From Phallusia mammillata (lineage: Eukaryota), in the NCBI GenBank assembly GCA_965637545.1, contig OZ281500.1, positions 19,282,001 to 19,346,000 on the forward strand: DNA of 64,000 nt. Direction: 5' to 3'. Shown here piece by piece: positions 35,035 through 47,700 of the stretch. Each line of letters begins with the position of its first letter. The stretch's first letter is position 1. The notes under the pieces are model-generated. The model was not told the origin of the DNA, ran no database searches, and was given only the letters and a program-made list of their open reading frames with translations. The position numbers and the translations under genes are program-made.

Positions 35035-38000
35035 GAGGCCGGGGGTGGAAGACACCGGTGGAATTGTGACCGACAGGGGTACAGGTGGGGCCGAGTTCTC
35101 AACACCCGATGGCAAAAGTGGGGGGTTGGCGGCAGCCGTGGCCCCGGCCAGGGTGCTTTGAAGATGAATGTTGGAAGCGGAGGTTATTGTGCTGGGTTGT
35201 GGGGCTTCCTGAGGTTAAAACTGGGGGATCTGGACTCTTCGATGGGTTCCTACACAAAATTTTATATTTCTGTAATTTTTGAAAGGTGCAGGTATTTTTT
35301 TTGCATATTTCACAAATTTATATTTAAAAAAAAAATTTCAAGCAAATTATAAAAAAACAAAAAAAAAACTATTTAAACTGGTCATTCTGCACAAGAAACC
35401 TATGCAGTCAGTTGAAAATGAGACAAAAACAAATATTAGCCGACAACATTGATGCATTGTCTTCAGATTTCATATTTAAAGTTGCCACTGTTGGATCACA
35501 CAGACTAACAGCAGTTAATCAAACAACCACCAACCGTGGACCATCGTAAAACAGCGAGAGATGGTCGTTTTATTGAGTGCTGAAACGCTTCGAGGAATCG
35601 GTCGCTGTTTGTTGGTAGTCGCTTCCTCATCTAATCTTACGCGCACTAGTAACTGATTTACTAACCCAATGTAACCTTGCGGGCTATGACGCCATGTTTG
35701 TTTGCTCAATTACGTAATAATTTGCTGGGGAACGCTGGGGTGGCCTCGTTGACATAAAGTTACCACTGTTAGCGTTATCGCAATAGCACGGTACTTTGCG
35801 TTCACAAGACACATAAAACGGTTTCTACGCCGAGTGTGATATGTTTTGTATCAGCGTTGGATTTGCAGCTGGGCGTAGGCGAGTGCTGTGGTCTGATTAT
35901 TTCATCAGTGGGCGTGGAAAACATATTGAAAGTCACAAATATCAGGTCAAGTTCTACAAACGGCAGAAATTTATAAATAGATTTTAACCACAAAAAGCAC
36001 ACGATACTAGGACGATTTTGGGCCCACAACAAACCAAAACCCTCAAAACCGATTTTAAACTGAAGATCAAAGCGTGTTCACACCCAAAGGAGGTGACTTT
36101 AACACACACAAGGCACAGAGAAAGCTTAAAAGTAAGTTGCCGCTGGCAATGTCTTGTGGTCTTTCCTCGGTCTAAAAGGGCAACTTGCCTTGTATATCGG
36201 TGTAAATCTCAACCCGACCACAAGGTAACGACCTACGGCGCTTGTTGTGCAAAAAAATCGTTGCACATCCCACACGTAACGCAGGTGCAGCAGTTACATG
36301 ACGCATAAATGTGTCAAGGTGTTAGGGTGAAAATGAGGTTGTCGTTCCTATTTCGAACATTGCGGCTTTTTTACCAAGAAAATCAAAGTGTTTTTTAAAC
36401 TTTTTTAATACACTATGCAGCGCGCAAAATTGAACGCACCTGGTATAAATTTGTCTGTTTGACCACAACATACAGTTATTACAAATCAAGAATCATATAC
36501 ACGGTCTAAGTTCTAAGTAAAACGGATTCAATTAGTGCTCCCCTTCCGTATGCTAACACACTCCCGGGCTAAGTGTCGAAGCGAGGACAGGTGATGCGAG
36601 AAAGTTGAATAAATAACGAAAGACGTGGCAAGTGATGGCCGGATACAGGTCGTCACTTGGAAGAAGCCTGCCAGGTCTATTTGCTTTCGCCGTTTAAGTT
36701 CCAGGTTGGGTGACGGGCGATGACAAAGGCACACGCTGCGTTACGGGTCGATCGCGTGCTGTTTCTGCACCCAGGAAACCAGGACATAGCCAGTGAAGGG
36801 TTGGTTTTAAAATGGGATAGTAGCAGGGCCCTGCAAATGCCGAGTAACGGTTTTACGGCTCAGCATTCGCAAAACTGTTAAAAGTACTGAGCACAGAAGA
36901 GTTTCAAGGCCCATGTGCTAAAACTTCAAAGAAGTTTGCCACACTATATGCAAGCCTCAAAAACTTTTAAATACATGTATTGGTTCGATGTCGGTCTTAT
37001 TTTATGTCATACTCATCACTTTTTCCGTAAGGTTAACCCCGTAGTTTTTAACACTAACCCACAGGGAATTGATCAGGTGTGGGCGCAAGTTAACAGCTAA
37101 ACCATGTGCATGTTTAGGTATCAATCAAAGCGATATAATGGGATGCCAAAACACGTTTCTTGCCGCTGGAGCACGCTTAAGCCAGGGTGTGCCACCACGC
37201 GAAAAGCGAAGTTAATTGAGGGGCATATCAGCGGTAACGAAACACATAACAAGCAGTTGTAACCTTGCGCGCCACGCAGGACATTAAATTTTCAGCAGGA
37301 CAAGGCACGTTTTCAAACCACCTACACAATTAGCACTTTGGACTAATGCTAACTTTCAGCACCTATGGTAATTGGTCAGATTGTCTTTGGCTAGTGTGTT
37401 GTTATGTATTTAGGGAATGTTCAGATGTTACACAAGTACCACTGTGACAAGTTGATTTGTGAATGGCAATTGTTAGCCCTACCATGTTGTTAAATTTGTG
37501 ATTAGCGTGATATACAACAATTTTGCTAATTAAACTTATAACGGACAGCTGAAAGTGTGAAAATGCTTGAAATGCACTAGAGATGGGAATTACTTCCTTA
37601 ATTTTGTTTCAATAACTTCCTTAAAATGGCAAATTCGCTGCTCAAACCGATATAAGCCAATTTTTATTTAAAGGAATAAGAACCAATCATTCAACTGTAT
37701 TTTGTTTATAGTGCACAGAATAAACAGAATAATAATTCACAATAAATAGAACAAGTCAAAAGCGTTACAACAAAAAATGATCAGCCTAAACCACACATGG
37801 TTATAACTATATTAAGACACAGCGAAGCACTTCTCAACCAAGCATACAAACTTAAACAATTATAAATATATTTGTGAAAAATATTACCTACCAACCATAA
37901 TGCTGTCAATTTTTCATTATAAAATCACCAGTTAACAAATACAAGTAACACAACATATACAAGCAGAAAACCATGGTTACTTTCAAGGTTGAAGCTGTAC

Positions 38001-39060
38001 TAATGGAAAACACTTGAGTTTTGGCAACATTTATGATTAGTTGGAAAACTATGTTGCAAATTCACATTCTATTGTAGCCAATCAGAAAGCAGTAAAACTT
38101 TGTACTAACCCGAATTTAAATACAAATACAGCACACAAACTGTTTACTGGTGTATTAGTTAGTTACTGTTAACTGTACCTTGTCATATAAGGGTTCATTA
38201 TGTTTTTACTACCATTAAAATATTTATGACTGTTTTTGTTACTAAGAATACAAACTACATATGTATATGTTGCAAAACACTACAATTTTATATGCATCTG
38301 TGTGATATTCAAATAAAACAATTTGTAATGTGAAAAAACTTCCAGCTTTGATTTTACTCATTAAGTAAAAAGGTCCTTTAAAACAATAATTAATTGTTTT
38401 TGAGATATTATACAAGACAAAAAACCACACTTACATTGTTCATGTAATGCCAACATTGGTATACTGACAGCGAGGCCACAAAATGTTTAGAAACATGATT
38501 TAGTTTCAGCACTAAGTTTCAAGAATTGCCTAAGGACAGATCAAGCAGTGCGCATACATGCACTAGCTGAAAAAGATTGTTAGCTTCCAATACCACACAA
38601 AATAAAACATGTCTTGCAACATTTTAAACTCAATCAATCTGTTGACAAATTATCAGCATGTAAGGCTTTTTAATGACTTTCAAATAAAAAGTTTTTTAAA
38701 ACTAACAAAATTAAAATAAACCTAAAAAATGTTTTTGATACTCACAAGACTTTAAAAAAACTTTTAGAAATCAAAACTAATACTACACTAATTACCCACA
38801 AGCCCTAACAAGTTACCAAAGTCATGTACATTGTACAAGTACATTTTTGACATTAAAAACAAGCAAGATTTAATACTATCTGACTAAGAACACTGTCAGG
38901 TCTGTCCAACACCAGGAATGAAGTGAATTGACGAGAGCTTGCTTCAATCACAAACCACACATGCCTTGCATAACTCCGTACCTGGCCTGGGATTAGCGCC
39001 ATTTCAAACGCGCAAAATTGCAACAAATCGACGGAAAACTACGAAATCAAGAACACTTAC

Positions 39061-39250
39061 CTTAAGCACAATCTATCCCCAAAACATCAATCATCTACTC
39101 CCAGCGTTTTGATGCTTGATTGTCGATTTATTCTCCTAAATTCCGTCCTGCATCTGACGCCTCGGCTTACCAGGTATGCGAAATATGAAAGATACGAAAG
39201 ATGGTATGTCGACAACGCAGCCTTGCCCGCGCGCATGCGCACAGCGATTC
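39061..39250 (-). other. TEAD: Probable non-coding first exon of TEAD with two alternative donors
   Basis: Consensus donors AAG|gtaagt (exon end 39061) and CTG|gtaagc (exon end 39171), next to a CpG-rich promoter-like block. The 5' end is not determined. Confidence 0.5.
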
Positions 39251-39520
39251 GGTGACGTAATGAGCTCGCCAAACAGCGCGTCGAGGTTCTTTTTCGGAAA
39301 GCCGTGGGCGCTTGCGGCGAGAGGAAGAGAGAAAAAGGGCCTCGCTCGTTAAGTTGGCAATGAAAACCTCCAGGCGGTTGTTGAACACAAAGCAGCTTTG
39401 TGCTTTCTCGTTAGAGTGGAGCAAACTTTATATCTTTACATGATCTCCGTCACCGAGCTTACTGGCGTGAATCGCTCGCTCTGGTCTCGAAGCGCTTTAC
39501 AGAACTGTTCAAGCGTATTT
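39225..39520 (-). promoter_or_regulatory. CpG-rich TEAD promoter candidate
   Basis: Palindromic NRF1-type GCGCATGCGC at 39231-39240, CRE-like TGACGTAA near 39254, dense CpG, directly upstream of the candidate first exon. Confidence 0.55.
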
Positions 39521-41755
39521 GCTGTGCTATCCAAAAACCGATAAGCCGTGAAAGCCCCGACTGAGAATTAAAGCAGGGCTGAAACCAACCAACCAAACAT
39601 TTACGGGATACTAATTTAAACGATTACACGATTTCAAAAAATCAGCTAATTTTTTTAAATTTACCGTATTTTACTACTTCACAAAAATATTAATGTATCG
39701 TGCATCGTAAAAGATTACACAGTTCACACAGTTTTCCTTTATCATCTCATAGTTTTCATTAAAAGTTTTAAACTTAACTGATTGACATGTTTTGGATTGG
39801 TAAGTTTATATATTCGATAGTTCGCAACACTGTGCGCATTTCCACCAAACCAACACCAAAATGCAACTCACAAGGGTAGGCTAGCCTACTGCATATTGCG
39901 CCTGAGTGACACCTGGCGGAAAATCCTCTTTCTGTGTTAAAATGTTAAAATATCGCACAGCAGAAGAAATGTAAGGCAGAAACAAAGCAGAATATATTGA
40001 CAATACAACTTTCCTTCATTAAGCAATTACAACCGATGTGCTTATGAAAAAAAGCATCTCAAAGAAATCATGTAAATAAAAAAAATTTAAACTGCATTGT
40101 AGGCCAGGCTACCTACGTTTTTCCTTACATCGTAACTTTTTATTCATTTACAAAGCTTCGTGGAACTCGAGGGAAAATGGGTTGCGGTAGGCTACATTGC
40201 TCTATGTCAGTCCTCCCAGTCTTTTTTGAGACCCATATATTAAGGCCTAGATTAATTTTAAAGGCGTTGTTAGTAACAACGCTTTTGTTACCCAATTTAT
40301 GACCAACAACTTTTTTTAAAAAACTGTTGCAATGTCACAGAAATATAGGTCAACGGCAACTTCTTGATGCAAAGATTTGTAAGTCAGAAAGTCAAACGAA
40401 TATATGCACTGAATTATGGTACTCAGTTTTCAAGGCTTGTAAATTTCTGCAATCGATCCACCAACCAATTTAAATGGCGACCCACTTTTGAGTCGTGACT
40501 CGTGACCCTAGGGTTGTGACTCACTGCTCCATGCCAATAATATATTTCCTTTAAGTTATATATTTTTTGTTTCTTAATATTTGTGTTATGAGGCCCAATC
40601 GCTTGGGCGACCCAGCAATCTTTGGACAAAAAGCAATGTATTTGTTGTAATGCAGTGTATCGCTTATGTACAGAAGAAAAGTTGCAAAAAACAATAAAGA
40701 ACATAGGTTTACCGTGCAAAGGCAGCTTAGTCATGCAGAAGAGGCTGTGGGAGCAAAAAGTGTATTTGATCACCGAAACGCAGAGCGTATTGCAAAATGA
40801 TTAGCCAACTCTTATAGAATTGTGTAATTATGGCCATAGTTGTGTATCTCTGTTGACTCGGTAAAGTTTCGCAAGAAATGCGGCACACAAGAGCAATAGC
40901 AAAAAGCGTGACATTTTCACTGCAACATATTCTCGTCTTCACGCAGGTTTAGAATACAAAGTAGTCCAACCGCAAAGTTTCATTTCATGAAAATTCCAAC
41001 AAAACAATTCCGTAGCCTTCAACGCCGATTAAAATGTGTTGGCTTTGCTAATAAGGTAGAAGTGGATTGAAACGGAAAGCTTCAGTTTAAACTTTAAACT
41101 ATAACTGCAGAGCAATTTAACGAGTGCTGTATACTTGTAAAGTAACAAAATGCATGACCGAAAGTTTCATCTACAACGATGAAAAACAAACAAACAAACA
41201 TTTAGTAATCTGTACATGTACACGTGTAAAAATTCCAAAGGCAAACCTGTTTTTTGTTTTCGATATTTCACATTTAATTCTTGACCAAAACCGATTTGAG
41301 AAACGCCAATCTTTAATAAGGATAATAATATGGTGCATTTGACGTTCGTTGGATATTAATTACGATCTTCAAAATTTAATAAAATCGAAGTGTTAAATTT
41401 TGAGTTGACACATTGCCACTAACAATGCAAAACAAAACAAAAATCGAAAAAAACAACGGGGAACTATGTAGCATCAAAAGGTAGTAAAAATGTATCACAT
41501 TTGATATCGCGCAAAGGGTAATAAGAACGCTGCAAGAGTAACACCACTGGTTCAAAATTGACAAATGGTCAACGGATTTTGAAGCAGAGCAATAATATGA
41601 AACAAACGTCATTTTCGAGGTTTCAATCAGAAAAAGTATTCTTTGATTCCGCTGTTTTCAAACTCCGCTTTCAGCAACTAGCTTCCATGCAAGGAAAAAA
41701 GAGCAGTGGCCTGATTAACGAAGCACAGTGACGTCACAAGCAGGACGTTACGTCA

Positions 41756-44700
41756 TTACACGGCTTGTTCGGCAGACGAACTGGTTTCATCTAAATGGAC
41801 AAAAATAACGTTGCTGGTTTTTAATGAATTTAGAAGAAACATATAAGTCAGCAATTAATGCGGTGTGCAATTTGTTTAACTTTTTTTGATCTGACCATAC
41901 AAATTCGTATCAAGTTTTACGAATGTTTTTGTGTTGAAATTTTTAGAGATCTTTGTGTTAAAAACATGTGGTTAACTCTTCTTTTGTATAAAATTTAAAA
42001 ACATTCTATTGTCAATAAGTTTCTTTTATTTAAATACATTAATGTCTTACAATTACCCTACTAACAACAAACAATGTTGTAAAATTTTCGTACCCTTTTC
42101 TGTTGACATGGGAGAGTTTCCGATTTGCTCGTACGAATTTCCAGACTGGCTGTAGCTGCTGCTGCTTCGTTGCAATTTCGGCAATGCGTACTCAATATCC
42201 GTCAAAAATCGTGAATCGGTATCGTTTTTCCAATAGATGTTACGGCATGCCTATGGGTTAAAAAAAGTAGACATTTTCGGAAATTGATGCAGACACAAAC
42301 TTTGGGTAAGAATGTTTCTCTAATGTGTAAGTCAAAAACAGCATGAAAATAGGTCTCAATTTCATTTTCAACAAATAAAATAACCAATTAATTCCATGTC
42401 CAGCCAAGTTTCAACAAAATTTTTGGTTGGATACATTTGATAAAAATTTAACATTTCTTAAAATAAAATTTTATTTTAAGAAAGAATTTGACAAAACAGC
42501 CATTACGTTCCAGGTAAAGTTACTGCTAACGTGCAGCAAGAAGATTGTTTTTTTTACCTTCATTGCATTTTGTAAGTCGGAAATATTTGGTTGACCGGCC
42601 AATGCTCTAATTGCTTTGCCAACATGCGGCACACGAACGAAGATAAGTTTGGTTTCATTCCGTCGCATATTGATCAAGCCCTGCGATTAAAGATACGTAT
42701 TGTGTCTTACTTCTGCAAAATCAAAACAATGAAAAACAGGAAAATAGCCCTCTACTGCTCACCAGCGCTACAAGTGGCAAATAAATGTCATGTTTGTCAA
42801 AACATGTTTCGCACTTTTTATCAATCTTTTATGTGACTCAAGTGGTTATAAACGGGTATAACTGATGTAGCCTTTCATATTACTGATTATGGCATGAGCA
42901 TTTGTTGGAATGTTTAAATAATACAGCATTTCGCTCTTTATGTCTATTTGGGGCCGTTATTTTCCTCATTAAACTTATGTACAGTTCCTTGTATAGTGTT
43001 TTAAAACACATACCTGTTGTGTCACAAAGCGAGCCCAGGCGTCCTGGATAAAATCCTCGGTCACCACAATTATCATTCGGTGACTTTGTTCCAGATGCTT
43101 CAACAAAGTTTCCACCTTGACTGTAACGAAAATTGAAGGTTAACTATAAAAACCTTACGCCATTAGCCCTACATCGTATTGTTTAGGACCTATGATTTGT
43201 TTGGAAACACAGATTATAAAGTTTAAGAGCCCCCAATTGAAAGTGGTTTACCGCACAACTTTCAATACTTTTACAATAGGTGGTGAGCTTATCATGCGTT
43301 GCACACTTAGTTATACTCAGAGCTGCCATTAACATGGGTCCCACAAATAGGACAACCGAAAAATTGTATTTTCATAGGAAACGAAACAAACGTTTTTGAA
43401 CAAATCTTTACATTTATACGAGTCACAACATATCACATGCCACATTTTTCGCCAAAAACAATCTTTTCCAGCAAATCCTTATTTGTTCGTAGTTAATACT
43501 TCGTGTATCTCACGACAGCTCAGTTCTAGGTTTACTTTTACTTGTGGCGGCGATTTGACTTGTAATTGTTGAAAATAAGGACAAGGACATTTCTTACAAA
43601 TAAGGACCGCATGGCAACCCTCGCTATAATTCTTCAATCGAAAAATATGGCGTAGGCCTTTTTGAAGGAATCAAATTCACCAGACAACAAAGCTTACAAC
43701 CTAAACAGCGTGCAAAACAGACTTACAGCCCTGGTCGTATTCCTCGGCCGGGTCGTAGTACTTGTAGTTCAATTCGTTCATTTTATTTTTAATGCTACGA
43801 ACAATTCGTGCCGTCTCTTCCCGAGCTGTAACACGCTCTGGGCCAGGTGTGTAGTAAGCAAGCGTCGCCACGTAACCAAGTTCGTCTGCAAATAAAGCAA
43901 TCACGTTAACCATCTGTTGTTGAACTATAAACTTGGAAGTACTTAATGAAGCAGGTCATAAGTTAGCCCCTATAAAATTCACGGAAATGATGGAGGTACA
44001 ATGCATCAAACAACCAGATTTTAGCACATGGGTTCCCAGGCCCGGGGTTCGCGGACATCTAAAGGTCTGGGATGTGGGACTCAAGATCGACTTTTGAGGT
44101 AGTCGAAATTTCGGGTTCTACCATTACCATACAAATTAGCAATAGTGGTTTGGACATGATTTCCTTTTTGCAGTGGAATTTGCGCCATTTGTAAACTTAA
44201 ACCAATACTAGTATTGTTTGATTTAAACCGTCGGGCAAGCCTGATTTAAACCGTGTACAATGTTTGTTCATCCACAAATGTTTCGATAGTAAACAATAAA
44301 AATTATAAAGCAACACTATACCTTGGTCGTATTTTCCAAAATGGCGTCGGTAGGTAAGTTTAATCAAAGTGCGGTAGCGTCGCGCAAGACAAGCCAAAAT
44401 GGTTATCACCACGACGACCACCAATACTGCAACCAATATCGACACGATTCTCCGCAGCTCCCTCAAGCGGTTAAATTTCAATTTCACTTTGACCGGTTTG
44501 CCTGGCGCTCCCTTGTAAATCAGCTGGGCCGTGTAGACTCCTGCATCGCTTTTTTGAATATCCCTGTAAAGAAATGTAAGTTTTAACAGCTTTGCTGAAG
44601 ACAGTGCACACTGTTTCAACATATTAGGTCTCGTCAGTGCAGCTGGTGACAGACAGTGAACGTAAAGACTAGTAAAGCGAGGCAACTGTACTTTAGTTTG

Positions 44701-47700
44701 TTACGACTAGGAAAAACATCTTGTGAATGCCACCACTGGGCATTAGCCAAAGTCAAACTTGATTCATAATGGCCAAGAAGCAGCTTGAAACAAAAGTTAT
44801 TGGCTCGCAAGTCGTGAAACACATATTTTCCCAGTTTCTCTTTTGAGATTATGTTGGTAGGTCAGGGTAACACATTGCACGAAGCTGTGTTTGTCCTGAA
44901 GTTTAAATGATTTTCGGAAGCTTACTTTAGTCTTTAGTCTGCCCTTGCTTTTGAAACCATAAAAGTAAAGCGCTGTCAGTACAAAATGGTATTTAAAATC
45001 CTCAACTTTTTTATACTCTAGCAGTAACAGGGGTCTTTGATTGTAAACGTTTAGTTGAACGAACAGGAGAGCGTTTCTTTTTATTGCGCAGGTCGACGTT
45101 TAGTACTCCTGCTGATTTAAGCGATATTGACATTAGTGCCATAAAACATATTTTGTCACCGACTGACATACGAACCTGAATTTAAGAAATACTTGAAAAG
45201 TCCGTTCCTCTGTGTCCACATCTAATTCAGATTCTTCTGGTATGTAAGGGTAGCAGAAGCTTTCCTCGTTTACGAAGTTATCCCTGCGTCGCAAAAATAT
45301 AAATGTTCACAAAAACAAACTAAAACCCTCGCTGTTTCAGTATTTTAACGTGCAGTGTTGGCATGTCAGAATTGTAAACCGGTTCTGTTTTGTTCGGGGG
45401 GTTAAAGCTTAAATACAACGAGTTTGATTTTGGATCTGACTTCAAGTATTATGCCGCAATTTTACCAACTTTTGAACGCCTAATTTGGACCATTTTAAAA
45501 AAAAAATCGGGTATGGTCGGGTTTTACATTAGTACATTTAGGTTCGGCCGGGTTTGGGTCCGAATTTGCTGATCAACTTTACTTCAGGTTAACAATACTT
45601 TCAAGAGACAATGTGATAACCTGACGATGATATTATGGTTTTGTCGAAACGTTTCAGAAATGGAAGTTTCATTTTTTACTTTAAGAGCAATTTTGGTCTT
45701 AGTTAACCTTACGTTCATGTCTCTGGTATCTATCCTAATTCAAAATGAACCTTGTAATTGTTTAGCGCTTACCAGACGCCTAAACAACACATTGTTCACA
45801 ACCTTTTAAAAGAAGGCTGAATTTTTTTGGGTAACGTAAGTTGAACTTACACTCCACATTTGACTTTGCATTCGTTTTCACCATTGTTCATCATATTGTT
45901 CAAATCTCGGTTTTCGCATAACACCTTGTCGCTGCCCTCCTGTGAGCAAAATGTTGTCAGTCATCAACAAATACATGTACTCGTAAGTTGTGCTATAAAT
46001 GCCATACAATAGTTTGGATATACCAACATGCCGATGATTTAATTGTACAAAACAGACGTTAGGCATAGGTGAAATGAAAAGCAATTGATTTGGTTAGGTT
46101 GTCGTAGTTCTCCATGGAGTAAAGGTGATACACAAAGTAAGATTTATACTTGGATAAAAACACAAAATAAAACAAACGTAATAAAATCATTATGCCATTT
46201 AATGATAAGTAAGCTTAGTGGTTTAAGCCCAGTTGTGGCATCAAACAGATTTGGTGAGGCATAGCTTTTCACCATGTCTTTCCTAACAAACTGGAATGCC
46301 GTAATAGTATGGCTACATCATACTACCAATGCTTTGTCCACAGCTTCACCGATAATACATGATAGGTTAAAACAATGTGCAATGTATGAAACTTACTTAT
46401 TATGACAAACCTCGTTTACCATTATTATTTAGGTTGAATAGTAAAGTTGAAATGTGAAATTTTACATTTTCGAGGCCTGTGGGTTAAACGCTATGGGTCA
46501 AAAAATTAAAACCATTTTATTGTGCGTGTAAATTAAAAAAAGGTTTCAATCACTCATACTTAACAATTTGGTTTGACATTAATTGTTACCAACCTTTGTC
46601 CAAATAATTTCCAGGTCGCCCGACTGTAGTTTGTCGCGGTTTTTACGCGCCTCGCACATCACTGTGACTTCAGCCCCCGCGAAAAACTCCATTTCACCCT
46701 CACACAGAAGTGTTGGTTGAAAATTCTCGTGCAGTTCCTCTGAAAAGACAACACCTATTAGGAAACCTATGTTCTTCAGAAATAATGTTCATTAAGGAGG
46801 GACTGCATTTTTCCAGTAACGTATGGTCAAATTAATTTTTGGTATGGGTCAAAAATGTGTAAAGTTTTATGGGACTGAAAAAGTGCCTGTTGGGGGGTAG
46901 GGGGTTGCTAATACATTTTTTTGAGTTCTTGTAAAACTATACGGTAAACGTAACCCATTTTCAGGGTAACATGTCGTTAGAACAGCTTTTGTAACCACGG
47001 TCAAAACATTGCAACACGAACAAAAATAGCCACAGATCTCATGTGCATGTAATTGATTTCTGGCTTTATAATCTTATCACTTCGACAGATGATAAACTTA
47101 CCTCGTACACAAACAGAGTAATGAGCAATGTACGCAGTCAAATTCTGGTACGTTACAGCACAAGTGTAGATGCCGGGGTCATAATAGTTCACTCCGGTTT
47201 TCTGTAAAGAAATGACAGTGCTGACGGTTTGCATAGGCGTGAAACAGAATCAAAAGGTTTCAGAAAAAATACCATGCCTTTTTTTAAATATAAAGATTTC
47301 ATAGATGCACAATCTTTGGTTTCATTTTTTACCAGCAAGTATTGTGTGATTGTTCGGCGTGAGACATCGAGAAAACTTATTAAATATTGTTAGAATCGTG
47401 ACTCCCACCATCTTGTATAGTGTTACACAATCGATACCAGGGCATAAGTTGTGAATCAGGCGGGGTTCGGACCAGGCTTTTCGGGCTTAGGTTTCGTAAA
47501 GGAAACGGGCTTAACTCGCGCCTGACTTTATACTCTGCGTCAGTAAATAAATTTTACAAACAGCGTAGCCAGTTGCTGGACCTGACCCAAAGTCAAACAG
47601 CCTCAAAAACCCTGTTTAAGACCCATTGCCCAAAACCAAGCATGGTTTCTATAGTATTACCTGAAACTTTTTTGGATGCCCAGGATCAGGCTCAACAAAA

